Shown: positions 7,708 through 17,573, numbered from the stretch's first letter. The stretch is 25,082 nt of DNA from Promethearchaeota archaeon (GCA_019058015.1 JAHLWH010000126.1:1-25082); one strand, 5' to 3'. Made by a program: numbers and translations. Notes: generated by a model from the letters alone, not told the origin.

Positions 7708-9897
7708 TTACCAAGATATTCCTTTTCTAAACTTTATATCTGAAATAATTGAGTCCATTAATTCTTTTGGAACGGGTTGAAATGAGTGAAAAATGTTTTG
7801 CCAAAATGCTCGACCTGAGGATTTGTTTCTTATATCTTCGGCAAAATCCATGGCGTATCTAACTGGCATAAAAAAATCAATTAATGTTTGATATTCATTA
7901 TCTTGAAAAACTTTATTAACTTTTAATTGATATTTAGCCAATAGATTTAATGCTTTTTTTATCAATTCTGGAGGAAGTTGGATAGTTGTTTGATAAATCG
8001 GTTCAAGTAAAACTAATTGGGCATCATTTAAACATTGCTTAATAGCATCATATAGCATAGTAGTCAATTCTGAAATTGAACTATCTTCTTCTTTCGATGA
8101 AATGTTAATAGCTTCTATTACAATTTTTATTTCTGTAAGAACCTCACCACAGAGGGGTCCATTTAAACAGATTTTATTAATAATATCAATGATTTTATTC
8201 TTATCTTTATCATTTAAGATGATATCCTTAATATCCAACGGAGTATTGATTAAAATATTTAAGTTTTCATCACAATTGAGAAATCCTTCAATTTCTTTTG
8301 ATGATAAATTAGTTTTCTCTTTTAAGAATTCTTTTAATTTATTTAATGGCTTAATAGTTTTATGTTCACCAGATCTAAAGAATTGAAGTGTTTTTTGATC
8401 TAAGCGTTTGATTTTGATTTGTATTGAATTTTTCCCATTTGGTGAAATGGTTGAAATTGATGATGATTTGCTAAGGCAGGATTCCTTAAAAACACTACGT
8501 GGCTTAGACATATCAACCCTAATACCTCTCTTTTTCATTTCATTTACACTAACTTCTAAATGTAATGGTCCCATTCCAGAAAGCAATAATTCACCAGTTT
8601 CTAGACTTTCAGTATAACGCAAATTTGGGTCTTCGATAAGTAAATCTTCGATATGATTTTTTAATAGTTCCAAATCCTTGAGATATTCGGGTTCCACTGA
8701 TACAGTAATAACTGGTGTAGTAATGTATTTCACATCTTCAAATGCAATCATATGATCAGAGAATTTTGTCTCGATTAGTGTTTCTCCACTTTTTATATTC
8801 TTTAAACCTCCAATTGCAGCAATATTTCCAACAGGTATCTCTTCTACTTGGTCTCTTCTTGCTCCCATGAATAATGCAACAGATTGGATAATCTGTTCAT
8901 TATTTTCTCTTAAAAGAAATATGGGAGTTTTAGTTCTTAATACACCAGAAAATATTCTTCCTGTTCCAATTAGTCTACCTTTATCATTTATAACTTTACT
9001 AAGGCAAATTATTAATGGCCCATTTGGATCACATTCTATCATAGCCTTCCCGATTTCTGAGGTGATATCTCCTTCCCAAATTTTTTTGATTCGATACTTT
9101 TGTGCTTCTTTAGGATTTGGAATGTGATCTATAACCATTTCTAATATTGCTTCATGGATTGGATTTAAAACGGCTAGTGATTCAAAACTATTATTAAGAT
9201 ATTTATTTCGTAGGTCTTCAAAAGATATTTTATTTTTCTCAAATATAGACAATGTAAAGCCCCATTTATGCAGAGCCGAACCGAATGCAACTGTTCCTGC
9301 TGCAGGAGAAACTTTCCATTCATCTTTAAATTCCGAATCTGCATATCTTTCAATTAATTTGTTAAAATCGTTTATTATTCGAGAAATTTTTTTCCTAATT
9401 TCTTTAGGCTTTAATTTTAATTCTCTAAATAATCGATCTAACTTATTAATGAATAGAACAGGCTTGACGCCTTCTTGTAATGCTTGTTTAATTACCGTTT
9501 CTGATTGTGTTATAATTTCTTCTACTGCATCAACTATAACAATTACTCCGTCAATCAATCTTAGGGCTCTTGTAACTTTACCGCTAAAATCTAAATGTCC
9601 CGGAGTATCAACTAAATTTATTAAAAATTCTTCGTTTCTACCTAATACTTTCTCATAATATAAAGAGATATTAGTTGATTTCATAGTGATACCACGCCTT
9701 TGTTCTTCTTCTAAGTAATCTAAAACTCTCGCTTCTCCTGCTAGGTCAGGTGAGAGTAATCCAGCTTCACTCAAAAGTGAATCAGATAACGTTGTCTTAC
9801 CATGGTCAATATGGCCAACAAGACCGATATTTCGAATATTTTCTATTCTATGCATGAGTTTTAAAATTTCAACAGTTTCCTTAGTTCTTCTAGGCAT
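7708..9897 (-). CDS. Archaeal elongation factor 2 paralog (aEF-2p-like translational GTPase) lacking the diphthamide HRG loop
   Basis: G1 GHIDHGKT, G2 RGIT, G3 DTPGH, G4 NKLD, G5 GSALH; domain III EDP...GMGPLHLEV; domain V LLEPIY...IRNKSSGRAFW. Domain IV is divergent, with ISSKEEDSSISEL where canonical aEF-2 has LHEDxxHRGPAQ. Confidence 0.88.
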   Translation of the reverse strand: MPRRTKETVEILKLMHRIENIRNIGLVGHIDHGKTTLSDSLLSEAGLLSPDLAGEARVLDYLEEEQRRGITMKSTNISLYYEKVLGRNEEFLINLVDTPGHLDFSGKVTRALRLIDGVIVIVDAVEEIITQSETVIKQALQEGVKPVLFINKLDRLFRELKLKPKEIRKKISRIINDFNKLIERYADSEFKDEWKVSPAAGTVAFGSALHKWGFTLSIFEKNKISFEDLRNKYLNNSFESLAVLNPIHEAILEMVIDHIPNPKEAQKYRIKKIWEGDITSEIGKAMIECDPNGPLIICLSKVINDKGRLIGTGRIFSGVLRTKTPIFLLRENNEQIIQSVALFMGARRDQVEEIPVGNIAAIGGLKNIKSGETLIETKFSDHMIAFEDVKYITTPVITVSVEPEYLKDLELLKNHIEDLLIEDPNLRYTESLETGELLLSGMGPLHLEVSVNEMKKRGIRVDMSKPRSVFKESCLSKSSSISTISPNGKNSIQIKIKRLDQKTLQFFRSGEHKTIKPLNKLKEFLKEKTNLSSKEIEGFLNCDENLNILINTPLDIKDIILNDKDKNKIIDIINKICLNGPLCGEVLTEIKIVIEAINISSKEEDSSISELTTMLYDAIKQCLNDAQLVLLEPIYQTTIQLPPELIKKALNLLAKYQLKVNKVFQDNEYQTLIDFFMPVRYAMDFAEDIRNKSSGRAFWQNIFHSFQPVPKELMDSIISDIKFRKGISW

Positions 9898-9975
9898 TAT
9901 TAAGATCGACTATTAATAACTAATTGATGATAAAGAGAATAAATAATCAATTTAATATCTTATTGTTCCAAATTA

Positions 9976-10095
9976 GGGGGAAATGATTTTAGCAACTCAA
10001 GATCTTCGTCATAGAAATTATAATTTACGGAAATTTTTAGAAATTTTACCAATTTAATTCTCAGCTGGGTCAGATTGCTCATTAAATCATTTCCC
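9976..10095. other. ~120-nt long imperfect hairpin (structured RNA or MITE-like element)
   Basis: GGGAAATGATTT (9978-9989) is the exact complement of AAATCATTTCCC (10084-10095); AGCAA (9991-9995) pairs with TTGCT (10075-10079); further nested stems inside; TA on both flanks. Confidence 0.6.
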
Positions 10096-10219
10096 TATTT
10101 TTATTATTAAATATACTTATATAAGAATTCGCTTTATTGAGTAAATTGAGAATTGTTAAAAATTTAACAAGTTATTTTTAAAGATAAGTTTAGTTTAATA
10201 ATAATAGGAATATAGAATC

Positions 10220-10777
10220 ATGATGATCACGAAATTTGCTGTTGTTGATATTGAAACTACTCATACATATTCGCTCGAAGGGACAATAGTAGAAGTTGGG
10301 ATTTGTTGTGTAGATTTAGAGAATAAAAAAATTATAAAACTTCTTGATTCTATTGTAAGGGAATCTAATTTTAAGAATTATAATGCATGGATCTTTGATA
10401 ATTCATCACTTACTATTGAAGATGTTCTAAACGCCCCTGAGTGGGTAGAAATACAGCCTAAAATTATTGAGATTTTTAAAAGATTTCCAGTTACCGCATA
10501 TAGTAAGCTTTTTGATTTCACTTGGTTAAAGCATCGTGGGGTATATACAGTAAAAGAACTTCCCGACCCAATGCTTGAATCTACTAATATCCTAAAATTA
10601 CCACAATTAAATCCTGAATTGGGCGAATATAAATGGCCAAAAGTCGAGGAATGTTGGAAATATTATTTTCCAAATATTCCCTACAGAGAAAAACATCGAG
10701 CATATGATGATTGTATCCATGAAGCCGCTATTATTTATGAAATGTATCGTCGTGGGCACTATAATTTGGAAATATAG
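10220..10777 (+). CDS. DEDDh (DnaQ-like) 3'-5' exonuclease, stand-alone
   Basis: ExoI VVDIETT, ExoII-like YSKLFD, ExoIII HRAYDD. Confidence 0.88.
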   Translation: MMITKFAVVDIETTHTYSLEGTIVEVGICCVDLENKKIIKLLDSIVRESNFKNYNAWIFDNSSLTIEDVLNAPEWVEIQPKIIEIFKRFPVTAYSKLFDFTWLKHRGVYTVKELPDPMLESTNILKLPQLNPELGEYKWPKVEECWKYYFPNIPYREKHRAYDDCIHEAAIIYEMYRRGHYNLEI

Positions 10778-10786
10778 TAATTCCAT

Positions 10787-10987
10787 TCATTCTTTCCTTT
10801 TAATAAAATATTCACAATTTAAAATTGGCATATCCCAAGGTTTTGCAAATCCAATTGCGTTTAATTTTAAACAAAGATGAGGCAAATCTTCTTTAGGACG
10901 TTCTGCGAATTTACAGAATAAACAGCTTTTAAAATATCGTTGCTGATTAATTTTTTTTTGGGTTTTTTCTATTTTATTTTCAATCAA
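10787..10987 (-). CDS. Small Cys-rich hypothetical protein (CxxC...C...C, possible metal site)
   Basis: SCLFCKFA...HLCLK...NCEYF; TTG start; stop lies 9 nt from the convergent exonuclease stop. Confidence 0.5.
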   Translation of the reverse strand: MIENKIEKTQKKINQQRYFKSCLFCKFAERPKEDLPHLCLKLNAIGFAKPWDMPILNCEYFIKRKE

Positions 10988-11372
10988 TTTAACATCGCTT
11001 TTTTGTATTAAATTAACAAAGAAATAAGTATATTTAAAGAAAAAAACAAGGTTGGGTACAAAATTCAGTGATGACTGACAGGTGAATTCAATTGAAAATT
11101 AGATCTTGAACAAACGATTAAGGAAATTTTAAATTAATCCAATAAAAATTATAATAAGAAAAATAATTTTCTATTTGTTCTGAAGATGAATTTAAATATG
11201 CCTTCTATGAAGGAGAAATATTGCCCCAAAGTGTTTATAAATTTTAATCTTTTTATCAAGGGATTCTCTTAATTCACAGACATTTTTGTAAAGAATGATT
11301 AAATTGAATCCGCCAAAACCTGTCTCTTTATCCAAGTTAGGAAATAGAATATTTAAATAATTAATTCTCTAT

Positions 11373-12161
11373 ATGATCCATAGCATGCTCCAAATATTTA
11401 TTTTGAACGTTCAATTGGAGTTCATATCGTTTTTCATATTTATTGCACTATTGGCGGGAGAATTTTTAATTCTTTTTATATATTATGTTAAAGGAGGATT
11501 TCAAAAAGAAAATACAAAATCTGGCCTAAATTTTTTAATTTTGGTTTTTTATTTTATCTATTTTGGTCTAAGTTTCGTAAATCTATTTATTTTTATAATA
11601 TCATTTAGTATTTTATTTTATTGGACCACTTATATTTATGCAAAATCCGAATTTTCAAATAAAAACGATGGTTTATTGCAAATTAATTGGTATTGGTTTT
11701 TGGTTTTCTTTTATATGCTTCATTTTTATTTTAAAATTTTTAATTCTAATACTCCTAATGAACTTATATTCTCTTCAATTATTCGAATGATGTTTGTATT
11801 ATGGCTATATTATTGGTTTAATCGTTATTTATTTCATAAAAAAAGAGCAGTTTCTTTTAGAAACAAAGCTCGTGAAGAATTAGACAAAAAAAAATATGAA
11901 AAGGCATTAAATTTCCTTAAAGAAGCAGTTCAGGCTTCAAATAATATAATTGGCATAACAAAACTAGAAACTCAATTGGAGATAGAATTTAAAAATATGG
12001 AAACTACTATTAAAGAAGGTAATTTTAAAAATCTTGAAAACATATTACCTGAAACTATTAATCAGAAGACTCAAATTTTAGCATATTTTATTATTTGTTC
12101 TATCTTAACATTTTTAATAAGTTTTTTTCTAATTTTCAATTTTTACCTATATTTAAAATAA
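11373..12161 (+). CDS. Hypothetical membrane protein with a TPR-like helical insert before the last TM helix
   Basis: About 5 N-terminal hydrophobic helices, then AREELDKKKYEKALNFLKEAV (TPR-like), then a C-terminal TM helix. Confidence 0.65.
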   Translation: MIHSMLQIFILNVQLEFISFFIFIALLAGEFLILFIYYVKGGFQKENTKSGLNFLILVFYFIYFGLSFVNLFIFIISFSILFYWTTYIYAKSEFSNKNDGLLQINWYWFLVFFYMLHFYFKIFNSNTPNELIFSSIIRMMFVLWLYYWFNRYLFHKKRAVSFRNKAREELDKKKYEKALNFLKEAVQASNNIIGITKLETQLEIEFKNMETTIKEGNFKNLENILPETINQKTQILAYFIICSILTFLISFFLIFNFYLYLK

Positions 12162-12180
12162 TAAAATCGTTTTTGAAAAT

Positions 12181-12277
12181 TTTCTTTATAGAGTAGTTCC
12201 CACCAAAAAAGATTAGAATGTTACTTAGCGTTTTAAACCCCATCACTGGATTTTGCAACCACCCAAAAACAAAGAAA
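12181..12277 (-). other. Intergenic stem-loop between convergent genes (candidate structured 3' UTR or sRNA)
   Basis: On the - strand GGGUGGUU (12264-12257) pairs with AACUACUC (12198-12191) and UUUCUUUGU (12277-12269) pairs with AUAAAGAAA (12189-12181), using G-U pairs that only work on that strand. Confidence 0.4.
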
Positions 12278-12308
12278 AAGAATTTAAAAAAAAAAGAATT
12301 AATTAAAT

Positions 12309-13274
12309 CTACTTTTCAATTGACTTTTTTTTCATTTTAAGCCCTAAATAAAGTATTGATATCAATGAAACTATACCAATAATTCCAAATGGAAATCCGG
12401 GGATCTCTGACGTTGAAATATCTTGATAAACCTCGCTTGGATATATTGCATTTAGGGTATGTTTATATGTATTGCTAGTTATATCTTGTTCCTTAGTATT
12501 ATTATCAAATTCAGACAATGTCATGTTCATATCTAATGTAGCTAAGCGAAGTACGTTAGTATTTGCTCCATAATACACTTCTCCAGTCATTATTAATGTT
12601 GAATTGGTCCAAGCATTTGATTCTGTAGGATATGAACCAAGCAATTCGATTTGGACACCTAGTGTTACTAAATAATTTATGCTACGTGTTGTTTTTGAGA
12701 TAACTTCAGTACTATTAGAAAAGGTTTCAATATCACCTGTTTGTTTATCAATTGACAATAAATTTCCGAAAACCCAAAAAAAAATAGCAACAAGCATAAT
12801 TGGAGAATTAACAAATACCAAGGGAACATATTCATTATCAAGGCTAGCCAGAGAAGCATCTTTTGCATTCCAAAATCCTTGATAATGTGTTAAGATAGTA
12901 TCGTTTATAAAATAACTTGAGTTTGCTCCCCAAGCCGAAAACCCAGGACCATTTTGGTAATCTGGTGCTGGCGTCATATCACCATCTCGTTCGTAATATG
13001 CACCCGTTACATTCACTGCATTTCCAAAAAATGGATAATTTCCTATTTCTACAGATTCTGCCTTAAATCGAATATGTGATGTTCGTTTAGGAGTATCAAA
13101 AGAATCTCCCCACTGATCTATTCCATATTCATTAATCTTGCTTCTCCAAAGTACAACATTTTTCTCACCGCTTTTCCACCAAACATCGTTAATAGTGATA
13201 GCTGAAACAATAGGCATAAAATTCAGAAATATTAAAAAACAAATTGAAATAATTATTTTTTTTTTTTTAATCAC
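12309..13274 (-). CDS. Secreted/surface protein with C-terminal Loki-CTERM-like (PGF-type) sorting signal
   Basis: Signal peptide KKKKIIISICFLIFLNFMPIVSA; several N-x-S/T sequons (NVT, NSS, NDT, NST, NMT, NNT); C-terminal EIPGFP + TM helix + KMKKK. Confidence 0.8.
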   Translation of the reverse strand: MIKKKKIIISICFLIFLNFMPIVSAITINDVWWKSGEKNVVLWRSKINEYGIDQWGDSFDTPKRTSHIRFKAESVEIGNYPFFGNAVNVTGAYYERDGDMTPAPDYQNGPGFSAWGANSSYFINDTILTHYQGFWNAKDASLASLDNEYVPLVFVNSPIMLVAIFFWVFGNLLSIDKQTGDIETFSNSTEVISKTTRSINYLVTLGVQIELLGSYPTESNAWTNSTLIMTGEVYYGANTNVLRLATLDMNMTLSEFDNNTKEQDITSNTYKHTLNAIYPSEVYQDISTSEIPGFPFGIIGIVSLISILYLGLKMKKKSIEK

Positions 13275-13563
13275 TTTACACTACACCCAATAAAATTTAA
13301 ATTTGTGTTAATCAAAAAATATATCCAAATTCTTATATTTATTATTTAAGGTTTTTTTGAATAACAAGTAAATATTGCGATAATTATAAAATCGGATTCC
13401 CTTGAAAATTAATGAAATGGTTGTTAAAAATTCTTAATTATCTTTCTTAAAACTATCCTTTAAACAAAAAAGTAGTGTATGTTCATAAATATCTAGATAA
13501 TTAAGTTGTAATGATGAAATTCCTTTATTTTATAAATTTTTTTAATGAAATCAATAATTGATT

Positions 13564-14199
13564 TTAATCCAAATGAACTTCCCCATTAATTCTCACAATC
13601 CGACCTTCTACTTTCAATCGACCATCGCAATATAATTCAATTGCTTTTGGAAAAATTTTATGCTCCCACTTTAAAATTCTTGCTCCCAGTGTGTCTTCGG
13701 TGTCGGTATCATATGCAGGAACACATTTTTGAATAATTATAGGTCCATGATCAGAATGATGATCTACAAAATGAACAGTACAACCTGATACTTTTACTCC
13801 GTATTCTACTGCATCTCGCTGGGCATGCATACCCTTGAATGAAGGGAGAAGGGCTGGGTGTATATTCATGACATTTCCTTTAAATTGGTCAAGAAAATAT
13901 TTACTTACTAACCTCATGTACCCTACTAAAACAATCAAGTCGCATGAATATTCCTCTAGCAACTTTACCATTTTTTTATCAAATTCCTCTCTTGTCCCTT
14001 TATGTTTATCCGATTCAATTAAATAGTAAGGGATATTTAAGTTCTTAGCACGTTTCATACATAAAGCCCCCAGTTTATTACAAATGAGTACAACAACTTT
14101 TGCTTTATTTTTTAGGATGCCCTCTTCCGTTGCTTTTACTATCGCTTCAAAATTAGACCCACTACCACTTGCTATTGCACCAATTTTTATTAATTTCAT
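13564..14199 (-). CDS. purN: Phosphoribosylglycinamide formyltransferase
   Basis: SGSGSN phosphate loop, GYMR, NIHPALLPSFKG, GCTVHFVD...DHGPII, EH. Confidence 0.95.
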   Translation of the reverse strand: MKLIKIGAIASGSGSNFEAIVKATEEGILKNKAKVVVLICNKLGALCMKRAKNLNIPYYLIESDKHKGTREEFDKKMVKLLEEYSCDLIVLVGYMRLVSKYFLDQFKGNVMNIHPALLPSFKGMHAQRDAVEYGVKVSGCTVHFVDHHSDHGPIIIQKCVPAYDTDTEDTLGARILKWEHKIFPKAIELYCDGRLKVEGRIVRINGEVHLD

Positions 14200-14497
14200 T
14201 ATGTATTGAAATATTAATTTTTAGAATTTTAAAATTTTTATTATTATAATAAACTTTTTATAATTATGCTAATATAGTTTATTTGGAATAAGCTCTTTAA
14301 TGAAAATTTTATAGCAATTTTATTAATGAAATACAAATAAAAGAGATTTAATCTCTCGTAACAAATAATCTCATATTAATCTGATTAATTATATCTTTAT
14401 TTGATATGTATTTATTTTAATGTTTTATTATCATAAATTGCAAATCATATGAATTTTTTTATAAAAAAAGAAACTAATTCTTTAAATACTGAGTAAA

Positions 14498-16405
14498 ATG
14501 AGTTGCGAACGTGAATTAAACAGAATAAAAACTGAAATTAAAAAGTATCTTCCAGTAGAAATAAATATAAAGAAGATCGAGTTTGAGGGCCCTGAGATAG
14601 CGGTTTATTCTGAAAATCCTAAAGTTTTAATAGAAAAGGCTAATATTTTAAAAGATTTAGCAAAAAAAATGCGTAAAAGGATTGTTGTTAGGTGGGATTT
14701 TGAGAAGCGTAGAGATATAGCAGAAACCGAGAAGTACATTCAAGATTTAATTGGAGAGGATGCAGAAATTTCAAATATCGAATTTGACGCGAATAAAGGA
14801 GAAGTAATTATTGAATCTGTAAAACCAGGATTGGTTATTGGTAAAAAAGGAATTAATTTAACAGAGATAAGAAAAAATACATTTTGGCAACCAATAACTA
14901 TAAGAGCCCCACCTTTAGAATCAAAAACGATTAGATTAATTAGAGGTATGTTAAAGACGGAACGCGCCAAACAAAAGCAAATTCTTCTTAAAATTGGAAA
15001 GAGAATACATCGACCTACTCTATTTAACGATTTAAGAATACGGATGACTGCTTTAGGAGGTTTTAGAGAAGTTGGGAGATCATGTATTTTAATCCAAACA
15101 AATGATAGTAATTTATTATTAGATTGCGGAATAAATGTTGGAAGTAATAACAATCAATTTCCCTTTTTTGAGGTCCCACAATTTTTAATAAGAGATTTAG
15201 ATGCAGTTGTTCTAAGTCATGCCCATTTAGACCATTCTGGATTAGTTCCATTCCTTTATAAATATGGTTATCGCGGTCCACTTTATTGTACTCTTCCAAC
15301 ACGTAATTTATCAACAATGCTTCAATTGGATTACATTCAAATCGCTGAGAGAGAAGCTCGACCACCTCCCTATTCAAAAAGGGATGTAAAAACAACTGTA
15401 TTACATACAATTCCATTATCATTTGGAAAAGTTACAGACATCGCTCCAGATGTTAAATTAACATTGCATAATTCAGGACATATTCTTGGTGGATCAATTA
15501 TTCATTTGCATTTTGGAGATGGAGGGTATAATTTGGTTTATACTGGGGATTATAAATTTCAGAAAACAAGATTATTAGAACCCGCTTCTGTGAACTTTCC
15601 ACGAGTTGAATGTCTTTTGACCGAATCTACTTATGGAGGGGCACAAGATCGAATTCCAAGCCGTCATGAATCTGAAAAGGAACTTAGAAATGTAATTAAT
15701 GCTCATATAAGGAAAGGTGGAAAAATCTTAATTCCTGTTTTAGCAGTGGGACGAGCACAAGAATTAATCATTATTCTTGAAGAATTTATTTCTCACGGAT
15801 TAATTGATGAAGTTCCTATTTTTTTAGATGGATTAATCAGTGAAGCGACAGCTATACATACTGCTAATCCAGACTTTTTAAGTAGCGATTTAAGAGAAAA
15901 AATCCTTCATCAAGGGAAAAATCCTTTTTTAAGTGAATATTTCACAACTATAAATTCAAAAGATGAACGAAAGGATGTAATTAAAGGAGGTCCGTGCATT
16001 ATTTTAGCTACATCTGGAATGTTGATTGGTGGACCTTCATTAATATACTTAAAAGAATTAGCTAACGATTCGAAAAATGGATTGATATTTGTATCATATC
16101 AAGTTGAAGGAACATTAGGTCGCCGGATTCAAAAAGGATTTAAAGAATTTCAATATGAAGATACAAGAGGACGAACCCAACTTGTCAAAATAAATTTTAA
16201 CATCTATACAATTGAGGGTTTTTCAGGACACTCGAGTCGTAGCCAGATCTCCCAGTATATCCGTAAAATCAATCCATCTCCCCGGCTAATCATTGTGAAT
16301 CATGGAGAAGAATCAAAAACGGTGAGTCTTTCATCGTTGTTACATAAGAAGCTAAAGCGAACGACTAAAAGCCCTGCAAATATGGAAACACTTCGTCTAA
16401 AATAA
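14498..16405 (+). CDS. fttA: Beta-CASP ribonuclease aCPSF1 / transcription termination factor FttA
   Basis: Two N-terminal KH domains (FEGPEI, KPGLVIGKKG), GGFREVGRS, HAHLDH, SGHILG, YTGD, ESTYG, AVGRAQE, GFSGHS, NHGE; 635 aa. Confidence 0.95.
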   Translation: MSCERELNRIKTEIKKYLPVEINIKKIEFEGPEIAVYSENPKVLIEKANILKDLAKKMRKRIVVRWDFEKRRDIAETEKYIQDLIGEDAEISNIEFDANKGEVIIESVKPGLVIGKKGINLTEIRKNTFWQPITIRAPPLESKTIRLIRGMLKTERAKQKQILLKIGKRIHRPTLFNDLRIRMTALGGFREVGRSCILIQTNDSNLLLDCGINVGSNNNQFPFFEVPQFLIRDLDAVVLSHAHLDHSGLVPFLYKYGYRGPLYCTLPTRNLSTMLQLDYIQIAEREARPPPYSKRDVKTTVLHTIPLSFGKVTDIAPDVKLTLHNSGHILGGSIIHLHFGDGGYNLVYTGDYKFQKTRLLEPASVNFPRVECLLTESTYGGAQDRIPSRHESEKELRNVINAHIRKGGKILIPVLAVGRAQELIIILEEFISHGLIDEVPIFLDGLISEATAIHTANPDFLSSDLREKILHQGKNPFLSEYFTTINSKDERKDVIKGGPCIILATSGMLIGGPSLIYLKELANDSKNGLIFVSYQVEGTLGRRIQKGFKEFQYEDTRGRTQLVKINFNIYTIEGFSGHSSRSQISQYIRKINPSPRLIIVNHGEESKTVSLSSLLHKKLKRTTKSPANMETLRLK

Positions 16406-16502
16406 TTATTTCGAAGCGTTAGGTGTAAAAATCTTTTTCATAAAAATTATAATAAATCTATTTTTAATTTATTAATATCCAAAATAAAATATGTAATTTT
16501 TT

Positions 16503-17462
16503 GTGGATTATCTTTTGACGTCAGTTGATAAGGAACATAAAAAAAGACCAAGATATATTTCGATACTTCGTATTACTATTCAGATTTTAAGCTTTTTTTT
16601 GATTAATTACATAATAATTGAATTAATATTTCAAATTGATATGGATTTGTTTGAAGGATTAATTAAAATCCTACCTATTTTAAATTCCCCTCGAAATCCA
16701 ATTTCAAATGGAGCTGGATTTGTGGAATTCATTGTTTACATGATTGGCCACGCAGAATTTCCATTTTTAATAATTGGAATACTGATATTAATATCTTTAT
16801 TAAGTTCCCGTATATTTTGTGGATTTATTTGTCCAGTTGGTTCAATTCAAGATTTTCTATCAATATTTCGTTCAAAGAAAAAACAATTCTCAAGAAATAC
16901 TCATAAATTTTTGACTCATATTAAGTTAGTTATATTATTAATCATAATTATTGCGATAATGTCTTTAGGTATTGCGAAAGTGATAAGTCCAATTTTTTAT
17001 ATCGATTATAAAAATAATTTGGGAACTTTTGCGGATAAACCATTAGGTTATTTTTCTTTATCTGAATATTTATTTGTTTTCCTTCCCGAAATAATTCAAG
17101 ATATAATCAATTCTGGTGATATTTTAATTTTATTTAATGATTTTGTGACTTTTTTCATATTTTTCTTTTATATTATAATTCTAATATTTGCAGTGTATTA
17201 TCCCAGAATATATTGCAGATATATATGCCCATATGCGGCTTTAAGTTCACTATTTAGTGAATATTCTTTTTTAAAATTAGCACGTAATCCGGTAAAATGC
17301 GCGGGACGAAAAGAATGTGGAATTTGTGAGAGAGTGTGCCCGATGCAAATTAGAATTTTAGATGAAAAATTTGAAGGTTTTACTGGGGGAGGGGAATGTA
17401 TATTATGCTTGAAATGTATCGAGAAATGCCCTTTTAATGCTTTAAAATTAAAATTTGGTTAA
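16503..17462 (+). CDS. Membrane-bound polyferredoxin (NapH/MauN-like 4Fe-4S binding protein)
   Basis: TM helices with two CxxxCP motifs (FCGFICPVG, YCRYICPY) and C-terminal CAGRKECGICERVCP and CILCLKCIEKCP. Confidence 0.85.
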   Translation: MDYLLTSVDKEHKKRPRYISILRITIQILSFFLINYIIIELIFQIDMDLFEGLIKILPILNSPRNPISNGAGFVEFIVYMIGHAEFPFLIIGILILISLLSSRIFCGFICPVGSIQDFLSIFRSKKKQFSRNTHKFLTHIKLVILLIIIIAIMSLGIAKVISPIFYIDYKNNLGTFADKPLGYFSLSEYLFVFLPEIIQDIINSGDILILFNDFVTFFIFFFYIIILIFAVYYPRIYCRYICPYAALSSLFSEYSFLKLARNPVKCAGRKECGICERVCPMQIRILDEKFEGFTGGGECILCLKCIEKCPFNALKLKFG

Positions 17463-17573
17463 TTTCAAATGTTTTTCAATATCACTAATTTTTAAGGAGA
17501 AGAATTATAAAAGTTATAGTGTAATATATACAATTCATTGTTTCTGTTTAAAATTAAAATCGGAAGTTAATTA

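Noticed and set aside
8102-9658. + strand ORFs of 69-99 aa inside the EF-2 paralog
   Set aside because: Antisense shadows. The same applies to 12677/12679, 13835, 14740, 15063, 20547, 20841, 21749, 23458 and 24775.
9976-10095. Hairpin as SECIS, 5S rRNA, TPP riboswitch or hammerhead
   Set aside because: No UGA-containing gene upstream, and the arm lengths do not fit SECIS helix II; it lacks 5S conserved motifs, the TPP ACCTGA element and the hammerhead CUGANGA/GAAA core.
11062-11270. Box C/D sRNA (GTGATGA-CTGA at ~11068-11078) and a start-less reading frame (ICSEDEFKYAFYEGEYCPK)
   Set aside because: The C and D boxes abut with no guide regions; the frame is short and has no start. Probably gene debris or chance.
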